From contig JBDROZ010000042.1 of the NCBI GenBank assembly GCA_043809585.1, positions 60,504 through 80,503 on the forward strand: 20,000 bases of DNA, given 5' to 3'. The notes below the pieces were generated by a model. The model was given only the letters and a program-made list of their open reading frames with translations. It was not told the DNA's origin and made no database searches. This document shows, one piece after another, positions 6,706 through 14,385 of this stretch. The stretch's first letter is position 1, and every line of letters begins with the position of its first letter. The position numbers and the translations under genes are program-made. Origin of the DNA: Candidatus Eiseniibacteriota bacterium (GTDB lineage Bacteria > Orphanbacterota > Orphanbacteria > Orphanbacterales > Orphanbacteraceae).

Positions 6706-8904
6706 TTATCGGACGAGAACCATCTTTTTCGTCTCCGTGAAGCGGTCGGCCTTCATCCGGTAGAAGTAGACGCCGCTCGGGACGTCCCTTCCCCCGTCGT
6801 CATCACCCGTCCAGACGACGGCGTGATCGCCCGCTTCCCGGTTCCCGTCGACAAGGGTCCGAACGAGCCTGCCGCCGGAGTTGAAGACATGTAGCTCCAC
6901 CCGGGTCGTCGACGGCAGGTGGAACCGGAGGGTCGTTGTCGGATTGAACGGGTTCGGCTCCGCGGGGTCGAGGGCCGGACCGTCCCGTTCCGGGATGTCC
7001 GTGTCGGCGCCCGCGACGCCCGTGGCGAAGCTCGTGTCGATGCCCGCCACGGTGGCGATTGTCGCGAGGCTGATCTTCGTCACGTTCGCCACGAGGGCCA
7101 TGTCCATCAGGCCGAGGGTGTCGCCCGAGGTGTGGTGCTGGGGCGGCGCCGGATCCCATGTTTCGATGCCGACGATGGCGTCGAAACCGTGGGACCAGAA
7201 CGAGGCATGGTCGCTCCAAGTACAGTCCGGGCAATACCAGTGGTACGTGTCGAGTCCGGGGGCGTACGTCGCGGCGGCCGAAGCGGCGATGTTGCCGAGC
7301 CAGGCCGAGTCGTCGTTCGAGAAGAGCCGGAAGTAGTTGTCGTTCCACCCCACCGAGTCGAGGTTGAATGCGCCGACGATGTTCTGCCCCGTCGCGGCCG
7401 CCCGGGCGGCGTACGCCTCGCTCCCGATCAGCCCCGACTCTTCGCCGGAGACGCAAACGAAGCGGATCGTTCGCCGGAACCGGGCGTCCGCCATGTTCCG
7501 GGCCGACTCGACGATCGCGGCGATGCCGGAGCCGTTGTCGTCGGCGCCGGGAGCGAGGGTTTCGGAAATCTCGGATTCCGAATCGAAGTGGCCGACCAGG
7601 AGCACCTCCTCGTCCGGGCTCGTCGTGCCCGTCTTGGTCGCCGTCACGTTCGCCCAGCCCGCCTCGATCGTATCGTCCAGGTTTTCCCAGGTCGTGCCGC
7701 CGTCGGTGGTGTGAAGAATGTGCCCGCCGAACGCGACCACCCATCCCTCATCGGCCGACCGGGCAGAGACATCCCGGAAGCCGACCGACGGCCACGGATT
7801 CGTCTGGGCCGACCATGTGGTCCCGCCGTCCGTCGTGCGGAGGATCGTACCCGCCGAACCGACCGCCCAGCCCCGGGAATCGTCGGAGAAGGAGACCCTC
7901 TGGAGAGCGCTCGTGCTGCCGCTCGTTTGCACGGACCAGGAAACACCCCCGTCGGAGGTCGCGAGAATCCGGCCCCCGCTCCCGACGGCCCACCCGGAGA
8001 GCCCGGCGAAGGAGAGGCCGTTCAGGTTTTCCGCGACGCCCGTGGCGATCACGGGCCACGTGGTCCCGCCGTTCTCGGTCCGGAGCACCGTGCCCCCGTC
8101 CCCGACGATGACGGCCGTCGTGTCGTCGAAGGCACACACGTCCCGCAGGAAGACGCTCAGACCGCTCGACTGGGCGGCCCATGTTTCACCGCCGTCCGTG
8201 GTTTTCAGGACCGTTCCGTTCCGGCCCGCCGCCCATCCGACGCCGGAAGGGAGGACCGCCACGCCGTCGATCCGTTCCGTCGTTCCACTCTGCCGGAGCG
8301 AGAACGTGGCGCCCCCGTCGTCGGTGGTCACGATCGCCCCCGCGTTCCCGACGAAGACATAGCGATCCCCGCCGGCGTGGTCCAGGTCCCGGAAGGTGGC
8401 GGCGAGCGTATCGATCCCCGCTTTGGTGCGGGTCCAGCCTCCCACTCCGCCGGACAGGATGTGGGCGCCTTGCCCGGCGACGAACCCTTGCCCGGCGGGA
8501 CCCACGTAAATCGCCTGCAGGCTGTTGATGTAGCGGTAGTACTGAATCTCGGTTTCGTAACCGTACGCTTGGAAGAGCGCTTCGAGGAAGTCCGTGGCGT
8601 GCTCGTCCCCCCGGGTTCCCGAGAACCGGGTGAGGATCGTTCGCTCGCCGTAAGGCAAGGGGGCCGGAACTTCGCCGGAGATCTTCTCCAGAAAGGCGTG
8701 GCTCGAATCGGCGTCGACACCCGCGATCATCGCCCCGAGGATCGAGTCGGCCGAAGCGGTTTTCGAGAGAACCGCCGCGGGGGGCAAGAGAACCGCCTCG
8801 GGCGGCGTGCCTTTGTCCTGGGGAGAGACGGCGAAGGCCGGAGCGAGCCCGGCGATCAGAGAGAGAACGACAACGACCGAGAGACGGGGGGATGGGGCAC
8901 GCAT
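6706..8904 (-). CDS. secreted M28-family zinc peptidase with inserted YCF48/BNR-repeat beta-propeller and C-terminal FlgD-Ig/T9SS-type domain
   Basis: Signal peptide. Six T/S-x-D/N-GG-x-T/S-W/F Asp-box repeats (TTDDGGATF, KTTDGGETW, RTENGGTTW, ATSDGGVSW, RTTDGGTTW, HTTDGGTTW). M28 motifs GHFDS, APGADDNGSG, GEE, NLD, SDH. C-terminal EPNPFNPTTT...GRLVRTLV...WTGDDDGG...SGVYFYRM. GAGGAGG RBS. Confidence 0.92.
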   Translation of the reverse strand: MRAPSPRLSVVVVLSLIAGLAPAFAVSPQDKGTPPEAVLLPPAAVLSKTASADSILGAMIAGVDADSSHAFLEKISGEVPAPLPYGERTILTRFSGTRGDEHATDFLEALFQAYGYETEIQYYRYINSLQAIYVGPAGQGFVAGQGAHILSGGVGGWTRTKAGIDTLAATFRDLDHAGGDRYVFVGNAGAIVTTDDGGATFSLRQSGTTERIDGVAVLPSGVGWAAGRNGTVLKTTDGGETWAAQSSGLSVFLRDVCAFDDTTAVIVGDGGTVLRTENGGTTWPVIATGVAENLNGLSFAGLSGWAVGSGGRILATSDGGVSWSVQTSGSTSALQRVSFSDDSRGWAVGSAGTILRTTDGGTTWSAQTNPWPSVGFRDVSARSADEGWVVAFGGHILHTTDGGTTWENLDDTIEAGWANVTATKTGTTSPDEEVLLVGHFDSESEISETLAPGADDNGSGIAAIVESARNMADARFRRTIRFVCVSGEESGLIGSEAYAARAAATGQNIVGAFNLDSVGWNDNYFRLFSNDDSAWLGNIAASAAATYAPGLDTYHWYCPDCTWSDHASFWSHGFDAIVGIETWDPAPPQHHTSGDTLGLMDMALVANVTKISLATIATVAGIDTSFATGVAGADTDIPERDGPALDPAEPNPFNPTTTLRFHLPSTTRVELHVFNSGGRLVRTLVDGNREAGDHAVVWTGDDDGGRDVPSGVYFYRMKADRFTETKKMVLVR

Positions 8905-8949
8905 TCGTTTTCCTCCTCAATGACGGCCGGGTGGGGTTTGTTGCCGGAG

Positions 8950-9129
8950 TAGAACTCGTTTCAAAACCCCTTCCTGCTGCGGCTGGCTGCAGGGACGGCC
9001 CGCGTCGTCCTCGGGCGAGAATGTCCTCAACGGCCCTCCAGGGCCGCCTCCGGGCATTCTCGCCCTCGATCCTCGCCGTCCGTCCCTTCGCTCACCCTCG
9101 CGGCGAAAGGGGCTTTGAAACGAATTCTA
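8950..9129 (-). repeat. 180-bp rod-like palindromic element, copy A (MITE-like or structured ncRNA)
   Basis: 23-bp terminal inverted repeats TAGAACTCGTTTCAAAACCCCTT / AAGGGGCTTTGAAACGAATTCTA (21/23; both mismatches are G-U pairs on the minus strand). Nested inner stems GGGCGAGAATG/CATTCTCGCCC and CGGCCC/GGGCCG. Confidence 0.8.
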
Positions 9130-9237
9130 GGATACCTCAAGGCGGTTCAAGGGTCAAGAGGATTGCGGAGAGACGCGGGAACGGGACGGACGGATCACGC
9201 CGCGAGGGGGGCGGAAGAAGCGGGCAAGGTGTGTCCC

Positions 9238-9579
9238 CTACAAGTCGGCGACCGCGTCTTCCACGGTCTCGAAGTTCTTCACGACCCGGGAGAGCCCCAC
9301 GATGCACATGATATTCCAGACCTTGTCGGGTACCCGGGCGAAACGGACCGCGGCGCCCGCGTTGGTCGCCGAGGAGATGACGGCCGCGAGCACGCCGATG
9401 CCGGAGCTGTTCACCTTCTCGACCCCCGAGAGATCGACGATCAACGACTTCGCGCCGCCGGCGATCCGCTCTTTGGCGTCGTCGAGAAACTCGTAGCTAT
9501 CCGCGTGGCCGGTGAGGTACCCGGTCAGCTCGAAGAAGACGATGCCGTCCTTTTCGTTCACTTCGTGTCGCACGGGCAT
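9238..9579 (-). CDS. STAS-domain anti-sigma-factor antagonist (SpoIIAA/RsbV-like)
   Basis: 113 aa; 'LIVDLSGVEKVNSSGIGVL' with the phospho-acceptor Ser motif; C-terminal 'FETVEDAV'. AAGGA RBS. Confidence 0.92.
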   Translation of the reverse strand: MPVRHEVNEKDGIVFFELTGYLTGHADSYEFLDDAKERIAGGAKSLIVDLSGVEKVNSSGIGVLAAVISSATNAGAAVRFARVPDKVWNIMCIVGLSRVVKNFETVEDAVADL

Positions 9580-9673
9580 GTCCTTTCTCCCGGGAAATAC
9601 GGGGACACGAATCTCGATCCGTCCCGTTCGATGCTACACCGCGGGAGCCGGGGGAGCAAGCGAATCGCGCCCG

Positions 9674-10486
9674 CTACAGCACGTTCCGCACGATCCACTC
9701 CGCCGTCTCCTCGATGGAGCGGTTCGTGACGTCGATGGTGCGGAGACCGGGCAGCTTCCGGTAAATCCCCTCGCAGTATTCGATCTCCTCGAAAATGCCG
9801 GCCCGGCCGTGGTAGCCGGGAACGGCCGTGATCGGGAGTCGGTCGACCCGGCGCTCCCGGAGTTCGACGAGGCGGTCGAGATTCATCTTGAAACCGACCT
9901 TCTTGACGGGCAGCTCGAAGACTTCCTCCGGAAGGCTGATGCCGTGCACGATCGGGATGTTCGCCACCTTCAGTTTGCGGCAGGAGAGGTAGATGCTGGT
10001 CGGCGTCTTCCCGGTCCGCGAAACGCCGAGGATGATCAGGTCCGCCTCGTCGAGGGTATCGAGTCCCTGCCCGTCGTCGTGCCGGAGCGTATAGTGGATC
10101 GCCTCGGCGATCTTGTACGACTCCTCCTCCTCGTGTCGGAACGTGCCCGGCTCCCGGCGGGGTTCCTTGTGGATCGCGTCGCCGAGGGTCTTCATGACCG
10201 GGCTGAGGACGTCGACGACGGTGAGGCTCTTCGCCCGCCCTTTCCTTTTGAGCCGGGAGGCGAGTTCGGCGCTGACGAGGGTGAATACGATGATCCCCCG
10301 GCCCTCGGGCGCCGCCTCGACGATCTCGTTCACCTGCTCTTCGGTGCGGACGAAGCCGAACCGGCGCACGATCGGCCGGGGCCCCGCGAACTGGACGAGG
10401 GCGGACCGCGCCACCGCCTCGGCGGTGCTGCCCGTGGCGTCGGAAACAACGAAGATGTGAAGGCGCGGGATTTTCGTGCGGACCAT
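9674..10486 (-). CDS. ppsR: PEP synthase / pyruvate,phosphate dikinase regulatory protein (kinase-pyrophosphorylase, DUF299)
   Basis: Motifs VSDATGSTAE, HDDG, ADLIILGVSRTGKTPTSIYL, KVANIP, IDVTNRSIEETA. Confidence 0.93.
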   Translation of the reverse strand: MVRTKIPRLHIFVVSDATGSTAEAVARSALVQFAGPRPIVRRFGFVRTEEQVNEIVEAAPEGRGIIVFTLVSAELASRLKRKGRAKSLTVVDVLSPVMKTLGDAIHKEPRREPGTFRHEEEESYKIAEAIHYTLRHDDGQGLDTLDEADLIILGVSRTGKTPTSIYLSCRKLKVANIPIVHGISLPEEVFELPVKKVGFKMNLDRLVELRERRVDRLPITAVPGYHGRAGIFEEIEYCEGIYRKLPGLRTIDVTNRSIEETAEWIVRNVL

Positions 10487-10849
10487 GATGGCCCGATGGT
10501 AGCAGGCCCCACCCGAAAAAGGTACCGGCTACCCCGCTTTCGTCGAATTCGGGCGGCCGGTCCCCCGTCTCGGGGGTCAGGAGGGGGTCGTCCGAATTCC
10601 CGAAGCAGCGTATCCGGTTGCGCGCTCTTGTTTTGCCGTCGTTGACCCAGAAAGAGCGCGCCCGGTTCCGACCGGAGGGAATCCGGAGACAGGGTTGGCC
10701 CGTATCACTGATCTTTGCCCCCGGAACCACCTCGGGGGTACTCTTGTAGAAGAGAGGAACCTCGCACCGGAAAGGAGCCTTCCCGGTATCGGTCCGCCGC
10801 CGGCCCTTGGGATCCCGGCGGGGGGCGGGCGCCGGCCGAAGGGCGATCG

Positions 10850-12634
10850 ATGATGAAAGCCACCGCCTTGCTTTTCGCCGTTCTCTGGATCGTGTCCGCA
10901 CCGGCCGGGGCCGCCGCGGCGGACGACGCGGAGCGCGTCGCCTTCTACCGGGCCGCCGCGGATCCGGACCCGGCCGCCCGTTTCTTCGGCATGGCCGCCT
11001 TTCTCGAGGATCACCCCGACGGTCCCTGGTCGGACCGTGTGCGCACCCTTCTCTTCAGCGTTGCCGCGAGCGAAGGATGGACCGAAGGGAAGGCCCCGCC
11101 GAAGAAAGCGGACCTCGGAGCGCCGGTCGAGCGGGAGGCCGGCCCCTATCTCGATGCCGAGGAATCGCCGGACCGGCTGCTTCTCGTGGCCGAGGCGTTT
11201 CTCCGGACCGGCCGGGACGCCGGGGAGGCCCGGGAGCTCGCCCGCCTGGGGGGCGCCCTCGCCCAGACCATGGACCGCCCGGCGGAGGTCCCGGTCGCCT
11301 CGTGGGGAAGAATGAAACGGGAACGGATCGCCCGGTCCGGTTACCTGGAGGGGCTCGCCGATCTCGCGTCGGGGGACGCGGCGGCCGCCGTCGCCTCCTT
11401 CCGAGGAGCGGCGGACGTTTTCCGGAGAGACGATCGTTTCCGGGAGGAGTACGCCCGGGCCCTCGCCGCGGCGGGCGAACCTCCGGAACCGGCGATCGAC
11501 GACGAGTCGACGGTCGCTCTTCTCGCCGAGTCCGCCGAGGACCCGGCGGCGCGAATCGCGAAACTCGAGGAGTACCTCCGCCGTTTCCCGAACGGTGATC
11601 GGGCGGGGGAGTTCGGGATTCTCCTCGTCGAGGCCTATGCGAAGTCGCCGGACCGGAAGGCGAAGGCCGCCGCCGAGGCGGACCGGATCGCGTCGTCCAC
11701 GGAGAATCCGGAGGTCTTGAACGCCCTGGCGTGGATCCTCGCCGACGCCGGTGTCGCCGTCCCCCGGGCGGTGGAGTACGCGGCGAGGGCGAAGAAGATC
11801 CTGGAGGAGATCATACGAGATCCCGACGCGTACGCCGAAGACCTCCCCCTCCTCCAATCGAATCTCCTGGTCGTGCGGGACACCTACGGTTGGGCCCTCT
11901 TGAAGGCGGGGAGAACCGCCGAGGCCTCGGCGGAGTTGAAGCGGGCGGCGGAGAGCGAGGTCCCCGGGGTTCTCTATCATTATGGGGAGGCGCTCCTCGC
12001 TTCGGGCGAGTCCTTCGACGCCTCCTTCGTCCTCGTGCCGGCCTACGTGAAGGGGGTCGAGGGGGCGGGCGCCTCGCTCGAGAAGCTCCGGGCCGAAGGG
12101 GGGTCGATGAAGGACCACGTCGACCGGCTCCTCGAGAAGGAAGAGGGGAACCTCCGGCGGCTGAAGGTGGGAAAGGAAGCGACATGGCCCGCCCCCGATT
12201 TTTCCCTCGTCGACACTCGGGGCGAGGCGGTGACTCTCTCCGACCTCAGGGGAAGCGTCGTGGTCCTCGACTTCTGGGCCACCTGGTGCGAGCCGTGCCG
12301 GGAGGAGCTTCCCCGTCTCGCGAACGTGATGAAACGGTACGAAGACAAGGACGTGGTCTTCCTCGGCGTCAACACGGACCGGGACTTCTGGTTCGTCCGG
12401 CCCTTCCTCGACGAGTTGAAGGTGCCTCTTCGGACGGTCTTCACCGCCGGCGAGGAGGATTGGGAAGACCGGGCCCGGGGCTACCAACTGAGCGCCCTCC
12501 CGACCTTGCTCATCCTCGACCGGAAGGGAAACGTGCGGTACTCGGACCAGGGTTACGACGGCAACGGCCCCTACTTCGAGAAGGTCCTCGGCTGGCGGCT
12601 CGACAAGCTGCTGGATGAGAATTCCGGACATTGA
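10850..12634 (+). CDS. exported TPR-repeat protein with C-terminal TlpA/ResA-like thioredoxin domain
   Basis: Signal peptide MMKATALLFAVLWIVSAPAGAAAA from ATG 10850 or 10853. TPR-like helices (LNALAWILA, DTYGWALLK, LYHYGEAL). APDFSL...DLRGSVVVLDFWATWCEPC...ALPTLLILDRKG. Confidence 0.9.
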   Translation: MMKATALLFAVLWIVSAPAGAAAADDAERVAFYRAAADPDPAARFFGMAAFLEDHPDGPWSDRVRTLLFSVAASEGWTEGKAPPKKADLGAPVEREAGPYLDAEESPDRLLLVAEAFLRTGRDAGEARELARLGGALAQTMDRPAEVPVASWGRMKRERIARSGYLEGLADLASGDAAAAVASFRGAADVFRRDDRFREEYARALAAAGEPPEPAIDDESTVALLAESAEDPAARIAKLEEYLRRFPNGDRAGEFGILLVEAYAKSPDRKAKAAAEADRIASSTENPEVLNALAWILADAGVAVPRAVEYAARAKKILEEIIRDPDAYAEDLPLLQSNLLVVRDTYGWALLKAGRTAEASAELKRAAESEVPGVLYHYGEALLASGESFDASFVLVPAYVKGVEGAGASLEKLRAEGGSMKDHVDRLLEKEEGNLRRLKVGKEATWPAPDFSLVDTRGEAVTLSDLRGSVVVLDFWATWCEPCREELPRLANVMKRYEDKDVVFLGVNTDRDFWFVRPFLDELKVPLRTVFTAGEEDWEDRARGYQLSALPTLLILDRKGNVRYSDQGYDGNGPYFEKVLGWRLDKLLDENSGH

Positions 12635-12811
12635 CCTGGGCTCTGCGTAAATCTCCGTCGCGAGGCCTTGAAGTGCCGAGGGAGAGGCCGACTTGGACGA
12701 GCCGCTCCCGGAGGCATAGCCGAAGCTATGTCGAGGAAGCGGTGACGGAAAGAAGGCCTCGCAGCCGGTGCTTTGAGGCCGGAGTAGGAGAGTTACGCAG
12801 AGTCCAGGTCA
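12632..12811 (+). repeat. 180-bp rod-like palindromic element, copy B (MITE-like or structured ncRNA)
   Basis: 25-bp terminal inverted repeats TGACCTGGGCTCTGCGTAAATCTCC / GGAGAGTTACGCAGAGTCCAGGTCA (23/25). Inner 15-bp stem GGCCTTGAAGTGCCG/CGGTGCTTTGAGGCC with four G-U pairs. Apical hairpin CATAGC-CGAA-GCTATG. Confidence 0.82.
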
Positions 12812-13225
12812 GCCTTCGAAGCGCATCACCGAGGTGCTGCTGAGAGGGATGGTCCCGGATATGGGAAGAACGTTCCCGGAGAGAAATTGGAAATCGCTCG
12901 AGACCGCGACGGTCACGGTCGGATCGGGATCCGTCGGGTCGGGGGCCGTGTAGACGATTCCCCCCGAAGCCGGCGTAACGTTGGCCGCATCAAGTACTAG
13001 CATGACCCGAGCCTCCACCGCCGCTTGGTCCCCGCCGACCGCCGCCAGCCGGGCGCCCTCCCGGGCCGCCTGGCTGACCACGTTCAGCGTCCAGAAGGCC
13101 CGCCCGAACTCGGTGATCCCGAGCAAGATGAGCAGGATGAGCGGGAGCACCAGGGCGAATTCGACGACCGCCTGGCCCCGGGAGTCCTTCTTCCGATCGA
13201 TCATCCGTCGAAACACGATGGCCAT
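12809..13225 (-). CDS. tadE: TadE/TadF-like pseudopilin
   Basis: Prepilin cleavage motif RG|QAVVEFALVLP, a hydrophobic helix, then AAREGARLA. Start ATG 13225 with GGAG upstream. Confidence 0.92.
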   Translation of the reverse strand: MAIVFRRMIDRKKDSRGQAVVEFALVLPLILLILLGITEFGRAFWTLNVVSQAAREGARLAAVGGDQAAVEARVMLVLDAANVTPASGGIVYTAPDPTDPDPTVTVAVSSDFQFLSGNVLPISGTIPLSSTSVMRFEG

Positions 13226-13236
13226 CTCACTCTCCG

Positions 13237-14385
13237 CTACTGCACCAGCTTGACCGTGTAGAGGAAGGTCGGGTCGTTCGGATCGTCGCACTCCTCGCCG
13301 CCCGGATCGGCCTGCTGCATGAACCGGGCCGTAATGTCGCCCTGGTTGTCGTACCCTTCGACGAAGAAGGCGATCACCTTGATGACCTGGATGACTTTGC
13401 CCCCCCCATAAGGGTTATCGATCCGGCCGACGGAGGGATCGAAGAGACACGCCTTGATGATCCGGGGGCTCGTGGGAAAAGCCGATCCGACGACTTCGCC
13501 GCCCGCCGCGTCCCAGGAGGCCCCAGGATCCTGGGCCATCAACACCGCGAGCCCTTGCCGTGTGGGCCCTACCATGTTTCCCGGCTCACATTTCAAGAGG
13601 TCTCCCGGCTCCACGATGATGTCGTCATCCCGGCACCCCATGATCCAATCGCGGTACACATTGGCTCCGGTTTCGGGGTTGCCCTTGTTGACCGGCGGAA
13701 AGTCGACGGCGTAATACCAGTCCGTGCCGAACCCGTCTTGGTTACCGTTGGCCAGTTTGAGGACCACCTGGGCTCCCAGGTCCGCCGGGGCAACATACCC
13801 CGTTGCCACGGGGTCGTAGTACTCGTCCGGATTGCTCACACTGTCGGGATTGAACGTGCCGTCGCCGTCGGCGTCGAACCAGCGGTCCGGAGGAACCCAG
13901 GGGCGGAGGCAGTTGGAGCCGCAGTTGTATCCGAACCCGGCCGTCGCCGTGGCCGTGACGTTCGCGAATCCACCCGTGACCGGGTCGATCACCCGGACGA
14001 ACATGGTCCGGATCGGGTCCGCCGTGTCTTCGGTCCGGTGGGTGGTCACCCGAATCTGATTCTCCTCGGGAAACTCGATATCCGACTCGGCGATCACCAC
14101 GCTCTCCATGACGTTCCCCGATCCGTCCCCCGCGCCGACGAACGCCTGGTTCGCCCCCGCCGTCTCGATCGCCCAGTCCACGGCGGTCGTGGTGTCCATC
14201 TGGGACTGCATCATTCCGAGGGCGCCGGCGAGGGCCGCCGCGTCCGCCGCGTTCTGGAGCTGGGTCCGGGTCACATAGAGGAGGCTCACGTCGATGGAGA
14301 GGACCGCGAAGGCGAACATCACCACCAGGGAGATGGTGACGAAGAGGAGCGCGGCGCCCTGTTGGTTCTTGAGGACCTGTCTCAT
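13237..14385 (-). CDS. tadG: TadG-like pilus assembly protein / tip pseudopilin
   Basis: QG|AALLFV hydrophobic N-terminus and Tad_N motif 'SIDVS....TRTQLQNAADAAALAGA'. C-terminal 'EPGNMVGPT..G...SPRII' typical of this family. Start ATG 14385. Confidence 0.88.
   Translation of the reverse strand: MRQVLKNQQGAALLFVTISLVVMFAFAVLSIDVSLLYVTRTQLQNAADAAALAGALGMMQSQMDTTTAVDWAIETAGANQAFVGAGDGSGNVMESVVIAESDIEFPEENQIRVTTHRTEDTADPIRTMFVRVIDPVTGGFANVTATATAGFGYNCGSNCLRPWVPPDRWFDADGDGTFNPDSVSNPDEYYDPVATGYVAPADLGAQVVLKLANGNQDGFGTDWYYAVDFPPVNKGNPETGANVYRDWIMGCRDDDIIVEPGDLLKCEPGNMVGPTRQGLAVLMAQDPGASWDAAGGEVVGSAFPTSPRIIKACLFDPSVGRIDNPYGGGKVIQVIKVIAFFVEGYDNQGDITARFMQQADPGGEECDDPNDPTFLYTVKLVQ

Noticed and set aside
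7690-8330. Regularly spaced nucleotide similarities that could suggest a CRISPR or tandem array
   Set aside because: They encode the Asp-box repeats of the propeller. No CRISPR array, tRNA, rRNA or transposase gene was seen in the window.
10715-10849. Upstream start extensions in the ORF track (10715; likewise 4364, 6572, 13291, 14478)
   Set aside because: The extensions precede the signal peptide, prepilin leader or first conserved motif, so downstream starts were used.
12632-12811. 6S RNA
   Set aside because: The length fits, but there is no large central bubble, the ends overlap two stop codons leaving no promoter space, and a second architecture-sharing copy exists. Not formally excluded without cmscan.
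12631-12843. Short ORFs over the palindromic elements (70 aa here; 139 aa at 8892-9311)
   Set aside because: No RBS or motif; the sequence is better explained by the palindromic structure.
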